From assembly GCA_040901985.1 (NCBI GenBank), contig JBBDYC010000002.1:21873-85872 (forward strand): a stretch of DNA of 64,000 nucleotides. The letters run 5' to 3'. A program made the translations under genes and the position numbers. The notes beneath the pieces were generated by a model, which saw only the letters and a list, made by a program, of their open reading frames with translations, was not told the DNA's origin and did not search any database. Shown piece after piece: positions 1-8,787 of this stretch. Source of the DNA: Gemmatimonadaceae bacterium (GTDB taxonomy: Bacteria; Gemmatimonadota; Gemmatimonadetes; Gemmatimonadales; Gemmatimonadaceae). The first letter of the stretch is position 1. Each line of letters begins with the position of its first letter.

Positions 1-18
1 GCCCCGATCTCTCGGGGC
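1..18 (-). terminator. Hairpin downstream of the cold-shock gene (truncated at window edge)
   Basis: GCCCCGA-TCTC-TCGGGGC inverted repeat 25 nt after the csp stop; any U-tract lies outside the window. Confidence 0.45.
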
Positions 19-43
19 GGCCGTTCGATTGTGCCGGCGGTGG

Positions 44-253
44 TTACGAAACCTTCGAGACGTTCTCGGCAGCCGGACCCTTGGCCCCCTGCACGATGTC
101 GAACTCGACGGCGTCACCCTCTGCGAGCGACTTGAAGCCGGAACCCTGGATCGCGCTGTAGTGCACAAAGCAATCCTTGGTGCCGTTGTCGGGCGTGATG
201 AACCCGAACCCCTTCGCATCGTTGAACCACTTCACCTTGCCGGTCGTACGCAT
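44..253 (-). CDS. cspA: Cold-shock protein (CspA family)
   Basis: 69 aa, [15 protein letters not shown] (RNP1) and CFVHYSAI (RNP2); AGGAG SD upstream. Confidence 0.97.
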   Translation of the reverse strand: MRTTGKVKWFNDAKGFGFITPDNGTKDCFVHYSAIQGSGFKSLAEGDAVEFDIVQGAKGPAAENVSKVS

Positions 254-491
254 TCCCTACTCCTGATTTTGTTGATTGATGCCGGGAGCGGAACGCGCCG
301 TACCCTGCACAATCGTAGCTCGCGAGACATAAATGACCCCTCGCGCTGGACCATCCCCCGGAGAGTCCGAGGGATGCGTCAAAGGTAGGCCGTCGGGGGG
401 TGCGCCGCAATGGCATCCCGTTTCCGGCCGGATCCCTTCCCCGCCGTCGCGACCTGTTGGGGCGACGCCGCTAGGTGGCTACCATTAGGAC

Positions 492-1712
492 GTGTCGCCC
501 TTCCTGAAACGCCGCCAGACCGCCATTGCCGACATCGGCGGGGTGCTGGTCGGGTCCTCCCAGCCGGTCGTTGTCCAGTCGATGACGAACACCGACACGG
601 CCGACGCCGCCGCCACCGCCGCCCAGGTGGCGGCCCTTGCCACAGCCGGGTCCCAGCTGGTGCGGATCACCGTCAACAACGACGAGGCCGCAGCCGCAGT
701 GCCCGAGATCTTCAGCCGGCTCGCCGACCGGGGCGTCCAGGTGCCGATCATCGGTGACTTCCACTACAACGGCCATCTCCTGCTCAAGAAATTCCCGCGT
801 GCCGCCGAGTTGCTCGCCAAGTACCGGATCAACCCCGGCAACGTTGGGACCCGGCATCGCGATGACAACTTCCGCACGATCGTCGCGGTCGCCGTCGAGC
901 ACCAGAAGCCGGTGCGCATCGGTGTCAATTGGGGCTCGCTCGACCAGGGCCTGCTGACCCAGCTGATGGATGCCAACGCCGAGCGCGCCGAGCCGCTGGA
1001 GGCCAAGGAGGTCTACTTCGAGGCGATGCTCGAGTCGGCGCTCCGCTCTGCGACACTCGCCGAGGAGACCGGACTGCGCCACGACCAGATTCTCATCTCG
1101 GCCAAGATCTCGCAAGTGCAGGACCTTGTCACCGTCTACCGGCGGCTAGCCGCGCGCTGCGACTATCCGCTTCACCTCGGGCTCACCGAAGCAGGACTCG
1201 GGACCAAGGGTGTCGTCACCACGACTGCGGCGCTGGCAATCCTGCTCGGGGAGGGGATCGGCGACACCATCCGCGTCTCGCTGACGCCGCGGCCGGGCGG
1301 TGACCGCACCGAGGAAGTTGTCGTCGCGCAGCAGATCCTGCAGTCGCTCGGCCTGCGGTCGTTCACGCCGCAGGTCACCGCCTGTCCCGGCTGCGGCCGC
1401 ACCACCTCGACCTTCTTTCAGCAGATGGCCGAGGACATCCAGGACTACCTGCGCGATCAGATGCCGCGGTGGCGCGAGGCGCATCCCGGCGTCGAAGAGA
1501 TGAAGGTCGCCGTGATGGGCTGTGTGGTGAACGGTCCCGGCGAGTCGAAGCACGCGAACATCGGGATCTCGCTCCCCGGCACGTTCGAGGAGCCGAAGGC
1601 GCCCGTCTACGTGGACGGCAAGCTGCGCCTCACCCTCAAGGGCGACCGGATCGTGCCCGAGTTCCTCGAACTGCTCAACGACTACGTGGCGCGGACATAC
1701 CCCGCCGCCTGA
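492..1712 (+). CDS. ispG: Flavodoxin-dependent (E)-4-hydroxy-3-methylbut-2-enyl-diphosphate synthase
   Basis: [43 protein letters not shown] and [12 protein letters not shown]e-S motifs. Confidence 0.97.
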   Translation: MSPFLKRRQTAIADIGGVLVGSSQPVVVQSMTNTDTADAAATAAQVAALATAGSQLVRITVNNDEAAAAVPEIFSRLADRGVQVPIIGDFHYNGHLLLKKFPRAAELLAKYRINPGNVGTRHRDDNFRTIVAVAVEHQKPVRIGVNWGSLDQGLLTQLMDANAERAEPLEAKEVYFEAMLESALRSATLAEETGLRHDQILISAKISQVQDLVTVYRRLAARCDYPLHLGLTEAGLGTKGVVTTTAALAILLGEGIGDTIRVSLTPRPGGDRTEEVVVAQQILQSLGLRSFTPQVTACPGCGRTTSTFFQQMAEDIQDYLRDQMPRWREAHPGVEEMKVAVMGCVVNGPGESKHANIGISLPGTFEEPKAPVYVDGKLRLTLKGDRIVPEFLELLNDYVARTYPAA

Positions 1713-1717
1713 CGCGC

Positions 1718-2314
1718 TCAGACTTGCTCGAGCTCGCCAATCAGCGTGGTGAGCTCGTGCATGATCGGGGCAGAGAAGCCAAGGGCGTCGAGGCGGTCGC
1801 GCACGTTGCGATACCACTGGAGCGTGGCCGCACGCCCCCCACTCAGGCGTCCCCACACATTCTCCGCATCAATCGTGCGCCGGAGGTCGGCGAGCGTGCT
1901 GCCGGCGAGGTGGACCTTGTCCGCCGCGCAGAGCCACCGCGCGGCATCGCTCGCCGCGGCGAGCCGCTCGAGGCAGTCCACCAGGATGTCGTCGCGGGAC
2001 AGTTCCACGCCGTCGTCGTCGAGCCGCCGTTTGGTGACGGCCAACGCGGTGTCGAGCACCGTCGCTCCGAACTTCGCCGCAATCCGCTCATCCAGCATCT
2101 CTCGCGTCCACCCATCGCGAACGGAATCCTCCACCACGTCGTGGAGGATTCCGGCAATCACGGTCTCCTCGGCGCAGCCATAGCGCGTCAGAATCACCGC
2201 GACGTTTGCCGGATGTGTGAGATACGGCGCCCGCGCACCCTTTCGCACCTCGCGATCGTGATGCTTCGCGGCAAAGGCGAAGGCGTGATTGATGCGGTCG
2301 GAGTATCCGGTCAT
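1718..2314 (-). CDS. Stand-alone HD-domain protein, RelA/SpoT hydrolase-like (Mesh1/small alarmone hydrolase-like)
   Basis: AFAFAAKHH..RKG..PYLTHP, AGILHDVVED, ADKVH motifs; no synthetase domain. Confidence 0.8.
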   Translation of the reverse strand: MTGYSDRINHAFAFAAKHHDREVRKGARAPYLTHPANVAVILTRYGCAEETVIAGILHDVVEDSVRDGWTREMLDERIAAKFGATVLDTALAVTKRRLDDDGVELSRDDILVDCLERLAAASDAARWLCAADKVHLAGSTLADLRRTIDAENVWGRLSGGRAATLQWYRNVRDRLDALGFSAPIMHELTTLIGELEQV

Positions 2315-2473
2315 TGCTGGGGAGGGGAACTTAGTTGCGCCCGACAATCAACGCAGGACGCCGACGTGCGAGGGCAGGGGAGACCTAATAGACCCTGGTC
2401 CGCGCCGCGCGCCGTAATCCGTGGCTCGCCACCGACCAGACAGATTTAATTATTCGTTACTGGCTTCTTGTTG

Positions 2474-4186
2474 TCATTGAAGTGGCCTGTTACTGTCGTT
2501 TTTATCGCTTAAAATTGCCTTGCGGACCGCCTGAAACGACCCTCCAGGAGTCCGCCCCTTCTGCTTCGATAGATGCGCAGCCAGCTCTGCACGCGACGGC
2601 AACATTGGACGGGGGGCATCCCAAAGGACGAGTCCGTGAAGCCGGACCCCGGGGACCTGCACCGCCGCTCCTTGTTTCACGAACTCGTCTACTTGCGTCT
2701 CGCCGACCGCGCCGCAGAGCACGACGGGGCTCCCCGGCACGAGCCGGAGTGCCTGCGGCAGCGCCGCGAGCGCCGCAATGACAATCGTGAACTCAAAGGA
2801 GTTGCGGAACCGCGTGAACTCGTCAAGCACTTCGCTGAGCGCGGCCCCATCAGGGGGAACGTCCCGCACCGTTCCCGCGGGGAGCATGGTGATCGTCAGT
2901 CCGTCGCTCGACCCGACTGCGCGCGCGACCTCTCGCCACTTGAACGCTCCTGCCATCGCGTCGGTGAACCCTGGCTCCGGCGGTCCGCGGAAGATCCGGG
3001 CGAGCGCGATCTCCGTCGGATCGAGCTCGGCCACGAGCGTCGCGCGGTGGTCGGCCGCCGCGGCAATCGCCAGGCGCGCGCCAACTGCCGCGGTGATGAC
3101 CGGATCGGCCCCCGTCACGACGAGTGTGCGCGTGCGCGTGCCGGTGGATGTCAGGCCGAGGTAGGGCACCCGGAACGGATCCACGCCGCTCGGGCGAAAG
3201 CGGACCGGCCCCTCGGGCAACGGATCGCTCACGATGGCGAGCACGGGCGCGCCGACGGCGTGCTCAGCTTCCAGCGTATGCGCGATCCGGGGCGAGCGCA
3301 TCTCGCGGCTGAGCGCGAGCACGAACCGGACCGCGACGCCGAGGATCAGCAGGAACAGCAACGCCAGGCCGGGCGAGAGCGCGGCCGCGCTGACCTCCGG
3401 CTGGTCGGCGCTTTCCACCTCCGCACGCATCGCCGCGAGGGCCGCGCTGTGCACGGCATTCGCCTGCGCGACGCTGTCCCGCAGCTGGGCAACTCGAGTC
3501 GCGAACGGGATGGTGTCGGCAATCGGGCCGAACGTTGGCCCGCCGGCCGCTGGCGGGCTCGCTGCCTCTCCGCTCATCGTGTTGCGGCGGTTCTGCGCAA
3601 TCGCGACGATCGTCACGCCGAGGCGACTGATCTCGTCGACCGTCGCGTCGCGGGCGACGCTGTCGCTCGACGAGAATTCATCCAGCCGCCCCGCAGCGGT
3701 GGCCAACGAGTCGGCCACCGCCTGCATGCGCGGACCGGCGCGCACCGCCGGTTCGGCCGCCAGCGCCAGGAAGGCCGCCGGCGTGCGCAGCTCTCGCGCC
3801 ACGCGTAGCGCCTCCTCCAACGACGGCAGGCGGGGATCCGTCGGACGCGGACGCACGATCGGCTGCGGGGCGCGCACCCGCTCCTCGCGCGCAACTGTCA
3901 GTTGGGAGTCGGCGACCGTCGCGAGCATCGTAAACCGCAGCAGTCGCGCTGCCGAGCGAAGCGTGTCCGCCGCGAGGGCGTCGAGTCGGCTGCGCGTCGC
4001 GATCGCCTGATCGCGATCGGCAACCGGCAGCAACAGCGCAATGACGGTCACTGCACCGCCGAGTGTGAGCCACCACCGCATGAACGCACGCGTGCGGCGC
4101 ATCGCGAGCGAAGCGCGCGCGATGAGCCACGGCGTTCCGCTGAGCGGCTCGACCGGCGGACGGGGGCGGACAGGCGGCGCGGTCAT
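2474..4186 (-). CDS. Membrane protein with two TM helices and a degenerate C-terminal CpsD/CapB (BY-kinase-like) domain
   Basis: 570 aa ORF; hydrophobic segments WWLTLGGAVTVIALLLP and GLALLFLLILGVAVRFVL; EAEHAVGAPVLAIV and TLVVTG..LVAELD..PEPGF resemble Wzc/CpsD. Confidence 0.55.
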   Translation of the reverse strand: MTAPPVRPRPPVEPLSGTPWLIARASLAMRRTRAFMRWWLTLGGAVTVIALLLPVADRDQAIATRSRLDALAADTLRSAARLLRFTMLATVADSQLTVAREERVRAPQPIVRPRPTDPRLPSLEEALRVARELRTPAAFLALAAEPAVRAGPRMQAVADSLATAAGRLDEFSSSDSVARDATVDEISRLGVTIVAIAQNRRNTMSGEAASPPAAGGPTFGPIADTIPFATRVAQLRDSVAQANAVHSAALAAMRAEVESADQPEVSAAALSPGLALLFLLILGVAVRFVLALSREMRSPRIAHTLEAEHAVGAPVLAIVSDPLPEGPVRFRPSGVDPFRVPYLGLTSTGTRTRTLVVTGADPVITAAVGARLAIAAAADHRATLVAELDPTEIALARIFRGPPEPGFTDAMAGAFKWREVARAVGSSDGLTITMLPAGTVRDVPPDGAALSEVLDEFTRFRNSFEFTIVIAALAALPQALRLVPGSPVVLCGAVGETQVDEFVKQGAAVQVPGVRLHGLVLWDAPRPMLPSRAELAAHLSKQKGRTPGGSFQAVRKAILSDKNDSNRPLQ

Positions 4187-4220
4187 CGTCCTGAAGTATC
4201 ACCCCGGAGCGCACGCCGGC

Positions 4221-4257
4221 AAAACGGGCGGCGGGAGCCTTCGCTCCCTGCCGCCCG
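4221..4257 (-). terminator. Rho-independent terminator of the cupredoxin gene
   Basis: CGGGCGGC-GGGAGC / GCTCCC-T-GCCGCCCG stem followed by TTTT on the - strand. Confidence 0.7.
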
Positions 4258-4299
4258 CCGTGCCAGCGTCGTGCACGACCGTCCGCGCACCGGTCCGAC

Positions 4300-4788
4300 C
4301 TACTGGACCGTGATCACGCCCGTCATGTTCATCGCCAAGTGCGGCGTGCAGTTGTAGCTGTACGTGCCGGGCGGGATGTTCGCGAACGAGAGGGTGAAGC
4401 CCTCGCCCTCCGCCAAGTACATTGCCGACATCAGTTCCGCGATGCGCGCCGATCCAAAGTTGGCGTCGAGCTGCGCCTTTACGGCCGCCGAGAGACCGAC
4501 CCCGTCAAACGCGACGTTGTGCGGGAATCCCGACACGGCGACGAACTTGACGGCGTCGCCCGACTTGATGGTGAAGTTTGCCGGCTGGAAGACGTATGCG
4601 CCGGCTGCGGTGAGGAGCATCTTCACTTCGTGCGTGGCACCGGTCGCCGGGGCGAGCGTGGCGGTGCCGACGGCGGCCGGCGTGGCGGCCGGCGTGCTCT
4701 CGGCGGCCGGGGCGGCATCGGAGCCACTGCCGCCGCAGGCGGCAAGGGCGAACGCGCTCACGACGAGCGCCAGGGTCTTGGTCTGCAT
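4300..4788 (-). CDS. Plastocyanin/azurin-family blue copper lipoprotein
   Basis: Lipobox LAAC, Ala/Pro linker, type-1 Cu ligands PHNV and YNCTPHLAMNM (C-x2-H-x4-M). Confidence 0.9.
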   Translation of the reverse strand: MQTKTLALVVSAFALAACGGSGSDAAPAAESTPAATPAAVGTATLAPATGATHEVKMLLTAAGAYVFQPANFTIKSGDAVKFVAVSGFPHNVAFDGVGLSAAVKAQLDANFGSARIAELMSAMYLAEGEGFTLSFANIPPGTYSYNCTPHLAMNMTGVITVQ

Positions 4789-4856
4789 AGCGACAGGCCT
4801 CCAGGCCGAACAGAAAGAATTGTGATGGGGCGGTTTCCGCGGGCGTGTACCGCAGG

Positions 4857-4874
4857 TTGTGAAAAATATCACAA
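4857..4874. promoter_or_regulatory. Palindromic Rex/CRP-type operator upstream of the cupredoxin
   Basis: TTGTGAAAAATATCACAA = TGTGA-N6-TCACA; one mismatch from the Rex consensus TTGTGAA-N4-TTCACAA. Confidence 0.65.
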
Positions 4875-4926
4875 ACCCCCCGTAACACAACTCCTCCGCG
4901 CGGTGTTGCCAAGGAGTTCGCGGCGT

Positions 4927-5022
4927 GAGGGCGGGAAGGGCGGGAAGGGCGGGAAGGGCGGGAAGGGCGGGAAGGGCGGGGAGGGCGGGGAGGGCGGGGA
5001 GGGCGGGGAGGGCGGGGAGGGC
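4927..5022 (+). repeat. 9-bp tandem repeat (G/A)AGGGCGGG, 10 full copies plus a partial one
   Basis: GAGGGCGGG, 5x AAGGGCGGG, 4x GAGGGCGGG, GAGGGC read directly; intergenic. Confidence 0.95.
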
Positions 5023-5043
5023 CGGCGCGCCCCGCGGCGCCCC

Positions 5044-6348
5044 TCAGAACGCCATCAGCTTGAAGCGGTTCACCTGCGACGGGTTCCCCACGTAGGCGAA
5101 CCGCATCCCCTTCATATACTTGCGCGCCACCCGCTGAACATCCTCGCCGGTCACCGCGCGCAGGTCGGCCACGAACCGGTCGGCCGCCCGGAAGTCGCCG
5201 CGGTACAGCTCTGCGCGTGCCAGGAAGTCCGCCTGCGCGCTGCCCGTCTCGTTGTCGAGGAAGTACTCCGTGAGGAACTGTTGGATCAGCGGTCGCAGAT
5301 TCTCCGTCGGCACGGCGTAGCGCTGCAGGTTCTGGACTTCGGCGCGCATCAGGGCAAGCGTGGTGTCCGGCCACGCGGTCGTCACGTAGAGGCCGCCGGA
5401 GGTGACCGCGCGGTCGCGAAAGCGCGCCTCCACGGCATACGTAAGGTTGCGGCGCGACCGGATCTCGCCGAAGAGCCGCCCCGAGAGGATGGCCGAGGCC
5501 ACGCGCAGCGCCGACACGTCTGGGTGCCCGGCCGGCGGTCCCTCCCACCACCCAAGGATGTAGTTCGTCGGCAAACGCCGGGACTCGATGTGCACGCTCG
5601 AACCAACGCGCCGGGTGCCGGTTGGCGGCGGCGTCCACGTGTAGTCGCCGCTTGGCAACGTCCCGAGCGTCGTCCGGATCATCTCCTCGAGCCGCGGCCT
5701 CGGCACGTCGCCCACCACCACGAGCAACATCCGCGACGTCACCATCTGCGTGCGGTGGAAGGTGCGGAGGTCCTCGAGCGTGATGCGCGCGAGCGACCGT
5801 TCGGTGCCGACTGGCGACAGCCCGTAGGCATCCCCGACGAAGGCGACGCTGTCGGCGAGATACTCGAGCAAAGCCTCCGGACTGTCCACGCGCTGCCGGA
5901 CTGCCGCCACGCGATTGTCCCGTACGAAGGCGAAGTCCTCGGCGGCCAGCGTCGGGCGCAGGATCCGATCGGTGTAGATGCTCCAGGTGGAGTCGAGTCG
6001 TTCAGTCGTCGTGCGAAGCCCGAACATGGTCCAGTCCACGTCGGCCTCGGAACCGATCTCGCTGCCGGTGCGGGCCATTGCCCGACGGAGGTGCTCCCCG
6101 GGATACCGCTCGGTGCCGCGCTCGGTCACCTCGAGCAGCATCGGCTCGAGACCGGCAGCCTGCGGAGTCGCGATGCGCACGCCCCCGAGCAGGTAGAGGT
6201 TGGCAACGACGAGCTCGTTGCTGGTGTGCCGATGGATCACGCGGATGCCGGAGACCTCGTAGCGCTCCGTGCTGCGCTCGGTCCCCTGCGCATCGAGCGA
6301 TCCGAGCGCGAGTGCGAGCATCAGGGCGCCGCAGGATGCCCGCGTCAT
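5044..6348 (-). CDS. M16 (pitrilysin) family peptidase, non-catalytic subunit, secreted
   Basis: Signal peptide, GLEPMLLE in place of HxxEH, RLFGEIRSRRNLTY motif; ATGA overlap with upstream gene. Confidence 0.85.
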   Translation of the reverse strand: MTRASCGALMLALALGSLDAQGTERSTERYEVSGIRVIHRHTSNELVVANLYLLGGVRIATPQAAGLEPMLLEVTERGTERYPGEHLRRAMARTGSEIGSEADVDWTMFGLRTTTERLDSTWSIYTDRILRPTLAAEDFAFVRDNRVAAVRQRVDSPEALLEYLADSVAFVGDAYGLSPVGTERSLARITLEDLRTFHRTQMVTSRMLLVVVGDVPRPRLEEMIRTTLGTLPSGDYTWTPPPTGTRRVGSSVHIESRRLPTNYILGWWEGPPAGHPDVSALRVASAILSGRLFGEIRSRRNLTYAVEARFRDRAVTSGGLYVTTAWPDTTLALMRAEVQNLQRYAVPTENLRPLIQQFLTEYFLDNETGSAQADFLARAELYRGDFRAADRFVADLRAVTGEDVQRVARKYMKGMRFAYVGNPSQVNRFKLMAF

Positions 6349-7805
6349 GGCGCCACCCCGAGGCCGGCCAGCTCCTCCTCGGTGAGCTGAAGCGCGCGCC
6401 GCGCGCCTCGCGGCAGCATCACCCCGGTGACGTGCGGCTTTCCGACGATGTAGCGTCGGGCGTAGCGCTGCAGCGCCTCTGGCGTCTGCGCCGCCATCGC
6501 ATCCACATAGCGAAGATGGTAGTCCAACCCGATCACGCTCCACCAGAAGCCGATGGTGTGCGCATTCTCGGAGGCCCGTTCGCGGCCGAAGGCCGTCGTG
6601 ACGGCGCGATTCGCCTTCACGGCCTCAAGCTCCTCGGCGGTGAAATACGTCGGTTCGAGCGTTGCGGCGAGCTCGGCGTGGATGGCCTTCAGCCCGTCGC
6701 GCAGGCGTTCCGGCGACGTCTGGCCGCTGACCGTGATGGGGCCGACGTGATTGAGCGTGTAGTAGTTGACGATCACGCCCTGCCAGAGCCCGCTCTCGAC
6801 GAGCTGTTGCTGGAATCGCGACGTCGGCTGGTTCAGCACATCCGAGTACACGTCGGCGGCGAAGGTCGCGTCCTCGTCGGCCCGGGCGCTCGGCCCGTGC
6901 CACTGGATCTGCACCGTCACCGCGTTCACCGCCTCCTCAACGATGATCCCGCGGCTGGCCGGAAGCGGCGGTACCGGCGGGATCGGGGCGCTCGCGAACG
7001 GGTCGGCACCTCGCGGCCAGTCGCCGAAGATTCGCTCGGCAAGCGCGAACATCGCCTCGGCGTCCACGTCGCCGGCGACAATCAGCGCCGAATTGTTCGG
7101 CACATAGTACAGGTCGCGGATGGCCTGCATCTGCGCCGGCGTCACCGCGCCGATCACCGCGCGGTCGCCGATGGTGTTCTTTCGGCTCCAGAACGACCCC
7201 CACAACTGGCGTCCGATTGCCTCATCCAGGCGGAACCACGGCGAGGACTCGGCCCGGTCGTACTCCCCGAGGACCACCTGCTTCTCGCGGGCGAGCTCGT
7301 CGGCCCGGAATTGCGCGCCGCGGAGCGCCGCGTTGAGGAATCGCATCCCGCCCTCGACCGAGTCCGAGAGCACCGTGAGGTAGTAGCTGACCAGCTCCTC
7401 ACGGGTGGTGGCGTTGAACAGCGCACCCAGGTCGGCCGCCTGGTCAATGAAGGCGTCGGGCTCCGGATACGTGTCGTTGGCCTTGAAGAACATGTGCTCA
7501 AAGAGGTGAGCGAGCCCGGCGTACTCCGGCTCCTGCGTGAATGCCCCGTTCTTCACCACGAGTTCGATCGTCGCGAGCGGCACGCCGCCGCTCGGCGCCA
7601 CGATCACTTCGAGGCCATTCGACAGGACCCGTTGCGCGACCCGCCGTTCGGAATCAATCCGCTGCGCCTCGAGCGGGCGGATCGCCACCGCGGCGAAGGT
7701 GGCCACGCCCAGGACCGTCAGCAGCGTGGCAAGCCGCGCACGTCCGGGCGCCACCGTGCGTGCGCCGCTGGCAATCACCCTTCGCCACTGGTTGATTTCC
7801 CGCAT
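6345..7805 (-). CDS. M16 (pitrilysin) family zinc peptidase, catalytic subunit
   Basis: LSNGLEV, GLAHLFEHMFF (HxxEH), FNATT, YYVPNNSALIVAGD; start uncertain. Confidence 0.9.
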   Translation of the reverse strand: MREINQWRRVIASGARTVAPGRARLATLLTVLGVATFAAVAIRPLEAQRIDSERRVAQRVLSNGLEVIVAPSGGVPLATIELVVKNGAFTQEPEYAGLAHLFEHMFFKANDTYPEPDAFIDQAADLGALFNATTREELVSYYLTVLSDSVEGGMRFLNAALRGAQFRADELAREKQVVLGEYDRAESSPWFRLDEAIGRQLWGSFWSRKNTIGDRAVIGAVTPAQMQAIRDLYYVPNNSALIVAGDVDAEAMFALAERIFGDWPRGADPFASAPIPPVPPLPASRGIIVEEAVNAVTVQIQWHGPSARADEDATFAADVYSDVLNQPTSRFQQQLVESGLWQGVIVNYYTLNHVGPITVSGQTSPERLRDGLKAIHAELAATLEPTYFTAEELEAVKANRAVTTAFGRERASENAHTIGFWWSVIGLDYHLRYVDAMAAQTPEALQRYARRYIVGKPHVTGVMLPRGARRALQLTEEELAGLGVAP

Positions 7806-7809
7806 CCTT

Positions 7810-8787
7810 ATGAGTCCATCCCGTTCAGGTGATCGATCCCCGGAGTCCGCCGCGGTGATCGCCGCGCTGGCCCCGGCCCTTGGCGCCGACCGCCTGCGGC
7901 GTGATGCGCCGCTGGCTCCGTACACCACCTTTCGCATCGGTGGTCCCGCCGACGTTCTGTACGATGCCACCACGGCGGACGAACTCGCCAGCGCGGTCCT
8001 CGCGGCTCGGCAACTGCAGATTCCCGTCTTTGTCCTCGGCCTCGGCGCCAACATCCTCGTCGGCGACGGTGGCGTCCGTGGACTGGTCGTGCGCAACCGT
8101 GCCGACCGCGTGACCATTGGCGCCGACGGGGGAGTGCGCGCCGAGAGCGGCGCGGTGGTCGCCGACCTGATTCGGCAGAGCGTCGCCGCCGGATGGTCCG
8201 GACTCGAGCACTACGTGGGAATCCCGAGCACCGTCGGGGGTGCCGTCTGGCAGAACCTCCATTTCCTCTCCCCGGCACCGGCGCGTGAGCGCACGATGTT
8301 CATCGAGGAGGTTGTGACGCAGGTGGAGCTGCTCACGCCCACCGGCGCCCGGACGACCGCCGACCGAGCGGCGATGGCCTTCGGCTACGACGTGTCGCGG
8401 CTTCACACGAGCGGAGAGATCGCGCTCGCCGTCCACTTCGCGCTTGAGCGGGCCGACCCCGCCGACCTCCACCGCGTGCTGCAGGAGAACCTTGCCTGGC
8501 GCGGCTCCCGGCACCCGTGGCTCGAATATCACCCGAGCGTCGGGTCCATCTTCAAGAAGATCGAAGGCGTCGGGGCGGGTCGCCTGATTGACCAGTGCGG
8601 CCTGAAGGGATTCCGGATCGGCGGCGCGCAGATCTCCCACATCCACGCCAACATCATCGTGAACCTCGGCACAGCGACGGCCCGGGACGTCCGCGCCGTT
8701 ATCGCCCACGCCCAGCAGGTGGTCGCCGAACGCTTCGATCAGCGGCTCGAACCCGAAATCGCGTTCGTCGGCGACTTCACCGCGTAG
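7810..8787 (+). CDS. murB: UDP-N-acetylenolpyruvoylglucosamine reductase-like flavoprotein (variant motifs)
   Basis: LAPYTTFRIGGPA, LGLGANILVGDGG, GIPSTVGGAV, SVGSIFK, HANIIVN, LEPEI. Confidence 0.85.
   Translation: MSPSRSGDRSPESAAVIAALAPALGADRLRRDAPLAPYTTFRIGGPADVLYDATTADELASAVLAARQLQIPVFVLGLGANILVGDGGVRGLVVRNRADRVTIGADGGVRAESGAVVADLIRQSVAAGWSGLEHYVGIPSTVGGAVWQNLHFLSPAPARERTMFIEEVVTQVELLTPTGARTTADRAAMAFGYDVSRLHTSGEIALAVHFALERADPADLHRVLQENLAWRGSRHPWLEYHPSVGSIFKKIEGVGAGRLIDQCGLKGFRIGGAQISHIHANIIVNLGTATARDVRAVIAHAQQVVAERFDQRLEPEIAFVGDFTA

Noticed and set aside
254..390. Structured long 5' UTR of the cold-shock gene (hairpin near 352-377)
   Set aside because: Expected for csp genes; nothing beyond the known thermoregulated leader can be supported
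2348..2473. AT-rich intergenic region as a riboswitch or ncRNA
   Set aside because: No recognisable aptamer motif or convincing stem pattern by eye; an Infernal/Rfam scan would be needed
4927..5022. Tandem repeat as a possible CRISPR array
   Set aside because: 9-bp units with no spacers and no cas genes
4339..6390. 683-aa + strand ORF containing GGKGGK/GGEGGE repeats
   Set aside because: Antisense shadow of the cupredoxin and M16 genes; the Gly-rich part is only the translation of the intergenic 9-mer repeat
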